The notes under the pieces were generated by a model. The model had not been told where the DNA came from and searched no databases. It was given only the letters and a program-made list of their open reading frames with translations. Position numbers and translations under genes: made by a program. Positions 1-9,146 of a DNA stretch of 33,563 nt are shown piece by piece (positions within the stretch are counted from its first letter, which is position 1; every line of letters begins with the position of its first letter). The stretch is from Gemmatimonadales bacterium (GTDB lineage Bacteria; Gemmatimonadota; Gemmatimonadetes; Gemmatimonadales; GWC2-71-9). Location of the stretch: the NCBI GenBank assembly GCA_041615815.1, contig JBFJCP010000039.1, positions 1-33,563 of the forward strand, in the 5' to 3' direction.

Positions 1-1
1 A

Positions 2-1648
2 AGCGATGTGTACAGTCTCGGCTGCGTGCTCTACGAGTTGCTCGCGGGTGAGCCGCCGTACACCGGCGCCACGGCGCAGGTGGTAATCGCCAAGCGGTTC
101 ACCGATCCGATACCCCGGGTGCGCCGGATCCGGCCGGCGGTACCGCCCGTCGTGGAGCAAGCGCTGACGACGGCGCTCGCCCAAGTGCCGGCGGACCGGT
201 TCCCCTCCGCAGGTGCGTTTGCCGAAGCGCTGACTCGGCCGGGTGGAGATGGCGGCGACGAGGGCGAACGGTCCGGATCCATCGCGGTTCTGCCATTCGT
301 CAACCTGAGCCCGGAGCCCGAGAACGAGTTCTTCGCCGACGGGATCACCGAGGACGTGATCGCGCAGCTGTCGAAGATCCGCTCCCTCAAGGTCATCTCC
401 CCGAGGTCGGTGATGCACTTCAAGCAGCGGGAGCAGAGTCGACGGGAGATCGGGGCAGCGCTGCAGGTGGCAGCGCTGCTCGAAGGGAGCGTCCGGCGCG
501 CCGGTAGCCGGGTGCGGATCGTGGCGCAGCTCATCGACGTCGAAACAGACCGGCATCTCTGGGCCGAGACGTACGACCGCGAGCTGAGCGACATATTCGC
601 CATCCAGACGGACGTGGCGCTGCAGATCGCGGCCGCGCTCCAAGCGGAGCTTTCTCCCGAGGAGAGAAGGCGGATCGGCCAGGAGCCCACGGACGACGTC
701 CAGGCCTACCAGCTCTATCTCTTGGGGAGGCACTGCCTGAGCCGCTGGACCCATGAAGGCGTAGACCAGGGTATCAAGCATCTCGAGGCAGCGGTCGCAC
801 GAGACCCGGATTACGCGCTGGCGTACGCCACCATCGGGTACGCCTACACCGAGATCGGGCTCGGAGTGGCGGGCGCGCTGCCCCCGCACGAAGCATTCCG
901 ACGAGCGAAGGCCGCCGTGGCCCGGGCGCTCGAGCTCGATCCGGGGCTCGCCGAGGCGCATGCCAGGTTGGCCTCGCTCAAGTTCGTCTGTGACTACGAC
1001 TGGACCGGTGCGGAGCTGGAGTTCAAGCGGGCGATCGAGCTGAACCCGAACAGCGGGGACACCTACGACGGCTACGGGCTCATGTTGTCCGCGCTGGAGC
1101 GCTACGACGAGGCCATCGAAGTGCAGCGGCGGGCCCATGAGCTCGATCCGCTGGCCCACCGTCTCGATATCGCGACTACCCTCCTGCGAGCCGGCCGGTA
1201 CGACGACGCCTTACGGGCCGCGACTCGCGTCACCGAGCTCGATCCTCACTTCGCGATGGCACATGCGACGCTGGGGTGGAGCTATCTGCTGAATGGGATG
1301 CGGGACCAGGGGCTCGCCGCGCTGGAAAAGGCGGTGTCCCTCTCGCCCGACAACACCATGTACCTGGCACAGCTCGGGCACGCCTTCGCGCTGGCGGGTC
1401 GGACCGCACAGGCGCAGGAGTCGTTGCGGCAACTGGAGGAGCTGTCGCGGCAGAGATACGTCTCGCCCTACCACATGGCGTATGTCTACACCGGGCTCGG
1501 ACAGCACGATCGCGCGATGGACTGGTTAGAGCGAGCCTATGAGGAACGAGCCGGCGGGGTGTTTGGCATCAAGGGCTCTTTCCTGTTCACCTCCTTGCGC
1601 TCGCATCCACGGTTCGAGGCGTTGCTCAGAAAGATGAACTTGGGCTGA
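2..1648 (+). CDS. Ser/Thr protein kinase (C-terminal part, 5'-truncated by window) with TolB-N-like domain and TPR repeats
   Basis: Window opens on kinase subdomain IX (SDVYSLGCVLYELLAGEPP), then SIAVLPFVNLS...FADGITED...LEGSVRR...HLWAETYDR (TolB-N/adenylate-cyclase-associated module), then many TPRs. Confidence 0.93.
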   Translation, partial: SDVYSLGCVLYELLAGEPPYTGATAQVVIAKRFTDPIPRVRRIRPAVPPVVEQALTTALAQVPADRFPSAGAFAEALTRPGGDGGDEGERSGSIAVLPFVNLSPEPENEFFADGITEDVIAQLSKIRSLKVISPRSVMHFKQREQSRREIGAALQVAALLEGSVRRAGSRVRIVAQLIDVETDRHLWAETYDRELSDIFAIQTDVALQIAAALQAELSPEERRRIGQEPTDDVQAYQLYLLGRHCLSRWTHEGVDQGIKHLEAAVARDPDYALAYATIGYAYTEIGLGVAGALPPHEAFRRAKAAVARALELDPGLAEAHARLASLKFVCDYDWTGAELEFKRAIELNPNSGDTYDGYGLMLSALERYDEAIEVQRRAHELDPLAHRLDIATTLLRAGRYDDALRAATRVTELDPHFAMAHATLGWSYLLNGMRDQGLAALEKAVSLSPDNTMYLAQLGHAFALAGRTAQAQESLRQLEELSRQRYVSPYHMAYVYTGLGQHDRAMDWLERAYEERAGGVFGIKGSFLFTSLRSHPRFEALLRKMNLG

Positions 1649-1840
1649 CGTGGCCGAGGAGAACGTCGTTCGACGCATACTCGCGAGTAGCGTGAGCACC
1701 AATTCGCGGTCAACTGGTTGAGCGACTACGGGACCAGGAGGCTGGATCGGCAGAAACGGCCCCTCCGAGCATTCCTTTGATAGGAGGCCCGCCGAGCATG
1801 CGTCGTGTGGGTAATCGGCGAACCAGACTGGGGCTCGCCG

Positions 1841-2204
1841 ATACCCGTGACCGCCAAGCTGTCCCGAAAGTGCTACGAGACCTTCGGGGACGAGATCGCC
1901 AACGAGCTCGTGGACTGGTTCAATCAAGTGGATGCGACGTATCGAGCCGACCTGCGTGAGCTGAACGAGCTGAACTTCGCGCGGTTCGATGCAAAGCTCG
2001 AGCAACGCTTGGCCCGTGCTGGATGCGAAGCTCGAGCGGCGGACGGCGGCGCTGGATGCGAAGATCGAGCAGCGTACCGCGGAGCTCCGAGTGGAGCTGG
2101 CGAAGCAGAAAACGGAGTTGATTCGGTGGATGGTGGGGCTGTGGCTCGCTACGCTGGTTCCCTTGGGTGGTCTCATCGCGGGGTTGTTCGTCGCGTTCCA
2201 CTGA
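1841..2204 (+). pseudogene. Frameshifted paralog of the DUF1640/CCDC90-like coiled-coil membrane protein at 9147-9608
   Basis: Near-identical to 9147-9608 but ATG is ATA (1841) and there is one extra C at 2013-2015. The N-half lies in ORF 1805-2215 and the C-half in ORF 1989-2204. Confidence 0.85.
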
Positions 2205-2226
2205 CCGCTCGGTAGGGCGAAATCCT

Positions 2227-2712
2227 CTGTCCACTATCCTCCCCGACCTCCTCGGCCCCAACCTCCGCATCGTCTTCTGCGGCTCCGCCGTGGGGCCCCA
2301 ATCCGCCCGTCGCAAAGCCTACTACGCCGGTCCCGGCAACCGGTTCTGGGATGTGCTCCATGCAGTCGGTCTCACACCGCGGCGACTCGAGCCGTCCGAG
2401 TACCTGGAGCTGCTGAGCTACGGAATCGGCCTCACCGACATGGTGAAAACGCGAGCGGCACTCGACGCCGATCTCTCTCCGGGTGACAACGACCCGGCGG
2501 CGCTACGAAGGAAGCTCGAGCAATTCACGCCAAGAACCCTCGCCTTCAATGGCAAACGCGCCGCACGGGTCTTTCTCGCGCGAAACGTGGAATACGGGAA
2601 GCAGCCGGAAAGGGTGGGGGAGACGACGGTCTTCGTGCTACCCTCGACGTCCGGTGCGGCGAGACGCTATTGGAACGTCGCCTACTGGCAGGAGCTTACC
2701 CGATTCGCGTGA
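2227..2712 (+). CDS. mug: G/U mismatch-specific DNA glycosylase (UDG family 2); start uncertain (CTG 2227 assumed)
   Basis: LPDLLGPNLRIVFCG, YYAGPGNRFW, GIGLTD, AFNGK, LPSTSG motifs. Confidence 0.88.
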   Translation: MSTILPDLLGPNLRIVFCGSAVGPQSARRKAYYAGPGNRFWDVLHAVGLTPRRLEPSEYLELLSYGIGLTDMVKTRAALDADLSPGDNDPAALRRKLEQFTPRTLAFNGKRAARVFLARNVEYGKQPERVGETTVFVLPSTSGAARRYWNVAYWQELTRFA

Positions 2713-2846
2713 TGCCAAGGGATGAGCCTGTGCTGCGGGAGTCGCATGCCGCACCGGTCAACCGACCCACGGCCGAACACGGCACCCTTGGAACTATCGA
2801 ACGAGCGGCTCACGTCGTAGGACCGCTCCTGGCTCGTGTACCCGGA

Positions 2847-5426
2847 TCAGTTGGACGGACGCGCCACGACGGTTGGCAAGCTGGCCCTCCCGCGAGAATC
2901 GAACGTGCTCAACGTGATGATGTCGGAGGTCATCTCCAGCGGCACGGTATATCGTGGCGAATCCGCGGTCGGGTCCGATCCATCGATGGTGTATCTGACC
3001 ACCATACGGGGATACGCCGTATTTACCACCAGCCGGCCATGCTCGAGCTTCGCTCCCGGAGGGGCGAGCCGATAGTGGTAGCCACCGTTCAAGTGATCTA
3101 ATCGGGGAAACTCCCGCTTGCCGAGTGTGTTGGCGAAGACGTTCCATGCCACGTCTGTGGCCTGGTTTCTTCGCTCTCGATCCGTGATACTGGCCCAGTC
3201 CGCCTGCCCAGACCACGCCCGTTCCGCCAGCCCGAGCATCTTGGGCAGATAGTAATACTCCAGCATGTCCCGGCCCTTCACTGTCTCGGACCACAACTGG
3301 CCCTGCATGCCCAGGATGTTCCTTCTCCCTTCATTGGTCAGCGTTTCCTTACCGGCGAAGTCGGCATCCGTATACGGCGCGCCGTTCGCGGTCGTCTTGA
3401 TGGACTTGAAGACGTCGTAGGGAACGAATTCGAACGCCTCGCGGGTATTCACGAAACCGGCCCAGTAGAGTCCGGGCTCCCGAGGATCTTTGTTGTACGC
3501 GAGATCGAAGTAGAAGTTGGTCACATTACACAGGACCACCGGATAGCCGGCATTGGCGAGTCGATTGCCAAGATCCTCGGCTCCCCAGAGGCTGTTCCAG
3601 ATATACGGGACGACGTTCGCGTTGCCGAAGGCATCGTTGGGCGTCCACGAGCCGTCCTCATTGAAGTTCATGGCGATTTCTTCCCAGCCACCCGCGCGGA
3701 TTCCCCGCGAATCGAGATGTTCGCTGACCCGCCCGAAGAATGCCTTCTGCAAGTTCTTGGGGTTGTCGATCTCCGGATGGCGCTCCAGATAGTCGGCACA
3801 GATGGGGGAGTTGGACCATGCGCCCGTGGGCACTTCATCTCCGCCCGTATGAATCATGGTGAGCGGTACACCGGCGTCCGCATGCATCTCGATCACATCG
3901 TCGATGACGGTCCTGACGAACGTGAAAGCCGATTCCCGGCACACCGAGATGACATTGTCCGTATACCACTGGGCGGATCGATATTCGGACGCATCGTCCG
4001 GGTCTACGAGTCTGTATCGCTCGGCTTCGTCCCGTCTGCCTTCGTCTATGAGTCGCCGATACCGGTACTCCATGGCCTTGATGGCCGCCCTGGAGTGCCC
4101 GGGCACGTTGATCTCGGGAATCACCTCGATATGTCTCTCCCAGGCGTACCTGATGAGATCCATGTACTGCTCGCGGCTGTAGAAGCCACTGCCGTAACCG
4201 ACGGCCGTATCGGGAAAAGGGCCGGACCCGTACGACGGCTGAAGGTGCGCCCCATCGTCGGTGGGGTGGCCGCGGAATGCGGCGACTCGAGTCAATTCCG
4301 GTAACTCTTCGATCTCGAGTCGCCACCCTTCGTCTTCCGTCAGATGGAGATGCAGTCTATTCAACTTGTAGAAAGCCATTGCCTCCACGAGACGCTTGAC
4401 GGTTTCCACCGAGTGAAAGTTGCGGGCGACGTCCAGGTGCATCCCGCGGTACCCGAACGACGGCGCATCTGTGATCCGCACGGCCGGGACCGTCAGTGAG
4501 TCATTCGCCTGCCCGAACGCGCCCACGGGAATGAGGGCCTTCAGGCTCTGCGATCCGTAGAACACTCCACTCTTGTCACCGGCAATGGTCACCCCGTCGT
4601 TTGCGGAGATTCGCAGGTCGTACGAACCCGGAGTGGAGACGCTGCGCTGTTGGAGATGAATGTCGTTTCTCCGAGGCGTACTGCTCTCACGGAGCGGAAG
4701 GGGGCGCTGCAGCAGGTCGCCGAGAAACGCGGCAAGCAGTGCCGCTTCGGATCGGAGACCGGACTCGTAGGTCACGGCGGTCCGAGAGCCGATGGCGAAG
4801 TGCCCCGGTTCACGCGTCAGCGACCGCGGGGTGGGCACGACGAGCGGCACGCGATCGGCGGGGAGGTCGGTGACGATGGAGTGATGGTCGAACAGCCAGG
4901 AGGCTGTGGGTATGGGCTCTTGATCCCCGGCATGCCGGTTGATCTGATCTGGACCCTCGAAAGGCGCTATGGCGTAATCCCGGACGGGGTGTGTGTCGAA
5001 AGTGCCATTCTGACCGTACAGAAGAACATACAAGCCCACGGGAGCGTCGGTTTCTTTGATCATCGCGTAGCTGCCAGTGTACGCAACGTCGATCTGCCCA
5101 CCGGGTGGGAGCGTGAACCCCGCCTTGGGTTTCATGACATAGAAGTCGCCATTGATCCATTCGATGGTGACGGGCGCGCTGATGCTCCCCGGGCGTATGG
5201 CTCGGGGCGCCATGTTCCAATACAGCTCCCAGTTGGCCTCGGTCAGGGCAATGTCGCTGTTGTTTTTTATGGTAAATCGGGCCCGATGTCCCCCGCCTTC
5301 TGCAAAATTGGTTTCGAGGTTCCACTGAACAGCGAGATGCAGCGTGTCCTTTGCACGCTGCGCGTTCAGCAGCGGGCACTCGAGCAGAAGGGGAACGGCC
5401 AACAGAAGTAACAGGGTTCTCGTCAT
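2847..5426 (-). CDS. Secreted beta-N-acetylhexosaminidase/chitobiase (GH20 with N-terminal CHB_HEX carbohydrate-binding and C-terminal Fn3-like domain)
   Basis: Signal peptide MTRTLLLLLAVPLL; RGMHLDVARNFH, HLHLTEDEGWRLEI, PEINVPGH, catalytic HTGGDEV, GQLWSE, RYTIDGSDP; GAGG upstream of ATG 5426. Confidence 0.95.
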   Translation of the reverse strand: MTRTLLLLLAVPLLLECPLLNAQRAKDTLHLAVQWNLETNFAEGGGHRARFTIKNNSDIALTEANWELYWNMAPRAIRPGSISAPVTIEWINGDFYVMKPKAGFTLPPGGQIDVAYTGSYAMIKETDAPVGLYVLLYGQNGTFDTHPVRDYAIAPFEGPDQINRHAGDQEPIPTASWLFDHHSIVTDLPADRVPLVVPTPRSLTREPGHFAIGSRTAVTYESGLRSEAALLAAFLGDLLQRPLPLRESSTPRRNDIHLQQRSVSTPGSYDLRISANDGVTIAGDKSGVFYGSQSLKALIPVGAFGQANDSLTVPAVRITDAPSFGYRGMHLDVARNFHSVETVKRLVEAMAFYKLNRLHLHLTEDEGWRLEIEELPELTRVAAFRGHPTDDGAHLQPSYGSGPFPDTAVGYGSGFYSREQYMDLIRYAWERHIEVIPEINVPGHSRAAIKAMEYRYRRLIDEGRRDEAERYRLVDPDDASEYRSAQWYTDNVISVCRESAFTFVRTVIDDVIEMHADAGVPLTMIHTGGDEVPTGAWSNSPICADYLERHPEIDNPKNLQKAFFGRVSEHLDSRGIRAGGWEEIAMNFNEDGSWTPNDAFGNANVVPYIWNSLWGAEDLGNRLANAGYPVVLCNVTNFYFDLAYNKDPREPGLYWAGFVNTREAFEFVPYDVFKSIKTTANGAPYTDADFAGKETLTNEGRRNILGMQGQLWSETVKGRDMLEYYYLPKMLGLAERAWSGQADWASITDRERRNQATDVAWNVFANTLGKREFPRLDHLNGGYHYRLAPPGAKLEHGRLVVNTAYPRMVVRYTIDGSDPTADSPRYTVPLEMTSDIITLSTFDSRGRASLPTVVARPSN

Positions 5427-5709
5427 GGCTCGCCGGTCCTCACGTCGTGATGTTGCGACTGGTGCGGGAGTCATCACCCATGCGATTACGATCGCGTGCC
5501 TGGTTCGCAGGCTCCGGACAGTAATGTATCGGTTAGTTTTGCGGGAAGAGGGAAGGCGGGTATTCGGCGGCGTGGCCGGGGACAGGAGTGCGAGGAGGCG
5601 AAGGACGCAGGATCGGGCGTCGCTGCCCTGGGAAGACGGCACGGTTGGTACGCGTTGTAAGGCGCGTGCATGCCGAATCACAGGGTCAACTGCGAGAAAT
5701 GGGAAGCAC

Positions 5710-5895
5710 TTGCAGGTTCGAGTACCCATCGTCATATCTCTCGGGTGTGCCGCGGAGCTAGGCTGTCATGAGGTGATGCTCGCCGATCACGAATGCCAGC
5801 TTTCCCGGTGCACTGAGGCACTTCAGCAGCGTGAGAGTGCCTGCAGGGCCGGCGTCGGCGCCGAGTCGCTGGTTGAAACCACGAACCCCGTTTCA
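5710..5895 (+). promoter_or_regulatory. Putative promoter (TTGCAG-N18-ATATCT) plus multi-hairpin 5' leader of the 5915 gene
   Basis: Hand-folded stems 5741-5816, 5816-5842, 5850-5863, 5874-5895; same promoter spacing as in the 18886/19143 repeats. Confidence 0.3.
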
Positions 5896-5914
5896 CGTCC
5901 GGAAACGAGGCCTC

Positions 5915-6646
5915 ATGATACCCTACGACAAGCTCACCATCGTTCGGAATCGCCAACGGGCGCGAGACCTTCGCCGTTTCCGCCAGCTGGTGGAAGCCTA
6001 TTTCGAGCGCGGGGAATACGTTGCGGATGACATACCGGTGGACTGGGACGGCATGCGGGCGGCCCGTGCACAAATCAACCAAATGCTGCCGCGCGTGCTC
6101 CAAATCGTTCACGCGGCCAAGCTGGATGCGCAGACCGCAGACAGCACCGACCCCGGCCCGACGGTGGCCGATGTCCGGGTTCTCCGCAACATCTTCAGCG
6201 TCCGGTATGCGGAAGGCAGAGATCAAGAAATCCTCGACGTTATCGACATGGCACTTGGCGTGTATCAGGCCAGCCGCTTCGACGCATGGGTGCGGACCAT
6301 CAATCCGTTCCATTACACCTTTGCGGCACTCGCATACGTCGCGACGCTTCCCAAGCGCGGCCTTACCGCGGTCGGCCTCTGGCCCCAGCGTCGGACGCCA
6401 CGCCTCGGCACGGCAGACTTGGCACGCCTCGAAGCCGTGGCGTCGCGCTTCGCGCATGCCGAAGAGTTGATCGAAAGGCGCTTTTCGGATATGCGCGATC
6501 GCTTAGCCCAACAGTTGGCCGAGAACGCCCATCACGTAGAGGAACTCGCCGAGCGGCTCGACTTCACAGAACGCGTCCTCGCCCAACGGCAACCACTGAA
6601 GCAACTCCAGTCACCGGAGGAGAACGACGTCGCGACACCGGTGTGA
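5915..6646 (+). CDS. Hypothetical protein with C-terminal coiled coil (EELAERLDFTERVLAQ...TPV)
   Basis: GAGG SD before ATG 5915; protein-like composition, a hydrophobic segment and a coiled-coil tail. Confidence 0.75.
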   Translation: MIPYDKLTIVRNRQRARDLRRFRQLVEAYFERGEYVADDIPVDWDGMRAARAQINQMLPRVLQIVHAAKLDAQTADSTDPGPTVADVRVLRNIFSVRYAEGRDQEILDVIDMALGVYQASRFDAWVRTINPFHYTFAALAYVATLPKRGLTAVGLWPQRRTPRLGTADLARLEAVASRFAHAEELIERRFSDMRDRLAQQLAENAHHVEELAERLDFTERVLAQRQPLKQLQSPEENDVATPV

Positions 6647-6885
6647 AGACCGTATTCCTTTGACACCATATTGGCCCGTACAACCGCCACCCACCGGGTT
6701 GTATCGCAGCCGGCACCCGAACTCATCGCTCTCATCTCAGTGACGCTTCTGTGTGCGCTGTGGCCTCTTGCAGAGCCTGAGGGCACGTTAGGTCCCGCGC
6801 TGCGTTCTGGATTCTGCGCTCTGCAATCGCTGTTACCGATCCCCCCTCACTCGTTTCCCCCTAGCTCTCACGCTACTTTTCTCCC

Positions 6886-8478
6886 ATGCCAGACCAGTTA
6901 GCTGCTCTGCGCGAGGCTCTCGAAGGCCGCTACGACCCCGTCCGCGTCATTGGACGCGGCGGGATGGCCACCGTCTACCTCGCACAGGACGTGCGACACA
7001 ACCGGCCGGTGGCCGTGAAGGTGCTCCGCGCGGACCTTGCCGCGTCGCTCCTCGTCACCCGATTTCTCAAAGAGATCGAGATCGCCGCACGGCTCAACCA
7101 TCCCCACATCGTCCCCCTGCTGGATTCCGGTGACGTGAACGGCGTGCTCCACTTCGTCATGCCTTTCGTGGAGGGTCGCTCGGTGCGGGGCCTGCTCAAC
7201 GAGCAGCTCCCCATACCGCTCGCCACCGCGCTCGCGATCACCAAGGAGGTGGCCGGCGCCCTGAGCTACGCCCACCGGCAGGGCCTCATCCACCGGGATA
7301 TCAAGCCGGAGAACATCCTTCTGTCGGAAGGACACGCCGTCGTCGCCGACTTCGGTATCGCCAAGGCCATCAGCACCGCCGGCGGCGAGGAGTTGACGCG
7401 CACCGGGTTCGCCATCGGCACGCTCGGCTACATGAGCCCGGAACAGGCCGCCGGACGCACCGAACTCGACGAGACCACGGACGTGTACAGCCTCGCCAGC
7501 GTCTTCTACGAGATGATGGTGGGAGAGCCGCCGGGCATGTGGGTGACCGAGGACGCGATGAAGTACATGCGGTTCGTGGATGCGCTGCCCGCTCATCGCG
7601 AGATGCTGGACCGGCTTCCCGGATCTGTGGAATCGGTTCTGGTGAAGGCGATGAGCATGCGTCCCAAGAATCGGTACGCCACACCCAACGAGTTTGCCCA
7701 TGCACTCGAGCGGGCCACGCACCAGAAGGCGCGCTTCGACGAGCACCAGGCACGAGAGATCATCCGGTACGCTGCGGAACAGCAGGCGGAGCACCCCACG
7801 GAAGAAGGTGCGCTGTCGCTGGGCGCGATCGAGCGTATCGGCGCCGAAGTGGGGCTGTCTCCCGATCGCGTGCGAGACGCCGTGGCCGCCTTGCCGTCGC
7901 GCACGGACAAACCGCGCGTGCCTGGCGGCATCCTCGGCGCGCCGATGCGGATCGACCTGGAACGCACGATTTCGGGGGAACTGCCGGTCCAGGAATTCGA
8001 GGCGCTGCTGGAAGAGGTCCGCGCCGTGACGGGTGAGGTGGGCCGCATCAACGAAACGCTGGGGAACTCCCTCTCGTGGAACTCGCTCAGCTTCCAGAAT
8101 AGCCTCGAGGGAACGGGACGGCTGATCCACGTGATGGTGAAACCCAAGGACGGCGCCACCCGCATCCGCATCACGGAGAGCGCCGGCGCGGCCCCAGCAG
8201 TGACCGTCATCGGCACCGTCGTGGGGGGGAGTGCCCTGGGCGCAGCCCTGGTGGGAGCGATGTCGAGTGTCGGTGGCTCCCCCGTCTTGGCCGCGACCCT
8301 GTTCGGGGCATCCTACGGCGCCTGCTACCTCGCCTCGCGCACGGCGTTTCGCCATTTCATCAAGCGGCGCATGCGTATCATGACCGATCTGATGAACCGA
8401 TTGACCGGCCACGTGGTGAGCACCGCCCCGGGGGCGCTTCCCGCAGCCACCGACCCGGGGAGCGAGCGGGGTGGGTAA
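6886..8478 (+). CDS. Ser/Thr protein kinase with C-terminal helical domain and two predicted TM helices
   Basis: GRGGMATV, VAVK, HRDIKPEN, DFG, YMSPE, DVYSL motifs; hydrophobic C-terminal segments. Confidence 0.95.
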   Translation: MPDQLAALREALEGRYDPVRVIGRGGMATVYLAQDVRHNRPVAVKVLRADLAASLLVTRFLKEIEIAARLNHPHIVPLLDSGDVNGVLHFVMPFVEGRSVRGLLNEQLPIPLATALAITKEVAGALSYAHRQGLIHRDIKPENILLSEGHAVVADFGIAKAISTAGGEELTRTGFAIGTLGYMSPEQAAGRTELDETTDVYSLASVFYEMMVGEPPGMWVTEDAMKYMRFVDALPAHREMLDRLPGSVESVLVKAMSMRPKNRYATPNEFAHALERATHQKARFDEHQAREIIRYAAEQQAEHPTEEGALSLGAIERIGAEVGLSPDRVRDAVAALPSRTDKPRVPGGILGAPMRIDLERTISGELPVQEFEALLEEVRAVTGEVGRINETLGNSLSWNSLSFQNSLEGTGRLIHVMVKPKDGATRIRITESAGAAPAVTVIGTVVGGSALGAALVGAMSSVGGSPVLAATLFGASYGACYLASRTAFRHFIKRRMRIMTDLMNRLTGHVVSTAPGALPAATDPGSERGG

Positions 8479-8485
8479 AGGGAGC

Positions 8486-8541
8486 GGGGAGCGGTCAACG
8501 GCGAATGCAGATTTCAGAACGCAGAGTGCAGAACGCAGAAC
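8486..8541 (+). repeat. Left arm of inverted 7-mer tandem repeat (NCAGAAN-type units)
   Basis: ggggagcggtcaacggcgaatgcagatttcagaacgcagagtgcagaacgcagaac; reverse-complement counterpart at 8988-9049. Confidence 0.8.
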
Positions 8542-8685
8542 GCCGGGAGCATAGCGCGGTCCCACTCGCCCGCAGCGTTCGAGTATCTCGATTCGCGGAA
8601 CACGATCAGCCCGCCAGCCGTCGGCCCCCAAGGCGGCCGTACGGCACTCGCGCCGCCGCAGTAAACCCTTCACCTTTCTCTCTGG

Positions 8686-9000
8686 ATGGGCATCCTGCTC
8701 TTGCTGCTCGGCATTCTGGCCGCTGGGGCCGGCGCCGCGAAGCTGCGGGGTCACGCGCGCACGCGGCTGGGTATCCCCCCCTTGGCCATCGCCGAGGTGG
8801 CGCTGGGTGCGTTGCTGGTGCTGGGATCGGGCGTGGGGCTAGGCCGCGCGCGCCCACTCGCGTGGACCGCCGTGGCCCTCACGCTGGCGGGTATGGTCCT
8901 TTCGTCCGTGCTGCACCTGCGGAAGTGGCGGCGCGCGTGGCGGCGGCGCACCGCGGCTGAAGAGGCGCGTCTCCGGGAGTACCTGGACTCTGAGTTCTGA
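8686..9000 (+). CDS. Small membrane protein (about 3 TM helices, basic C-terminal tail)
   Basis: 104 aa with three hydrophobic stretches; stop codon lies inside the right 7-mer repeat. Confidence 0.75.
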   Translation: MGILLLLLGILAAGAGAAKLRGHARTRLGIPPLAIAEVALGALLVLGSGVGLGRARPLAWTAVALTLAGMVLSSVLHLRKWRRAWRRRTAAEEARLREYLDSEF

Positions 9001-9049
9001 GTTCTGAGTTCTGCAATCTGCATTCTGCATTCGCCGTTCCCTGCTCCCC
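8988..9049 (-). repeat. Right arm of inverted 7-mer tandem repeat
   Basis: ctctgagttctgagttctgagttctgcaatctgcattctgcattcgccgttccctgctcccc; 9024-9038 is the exact reverse complement of 8497-8511. Confidence 0.8.
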
Positions 9050-9146
9050 AAGGGGCGGCGGGAAACGCGCCCTCGCGCATTGCTTTGATGCTCGGCCCGC
9101 CGAGCGTACGTTGTATGATGTCGGCGAACCAGACGTGAGACCGCCG

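Noticed and set aside
5712..5730. gcaggttcgagt resembling a tRNA T-loop
   Set aside because: No complementary T-stem, acceptor stem or cloverleaf.
5427..5735. Upstream extension of the GH20 ORF
   Set aside because: Signal peptide and SD indicate the start at 5426; the extension is not protein-like.
6660..6685. TTGACA...TACAAC promoter and the 76-aa ORF 6671-6901
   Set aside because: Spacer is only 13 nt; the ORF has no SD or recognisable features.
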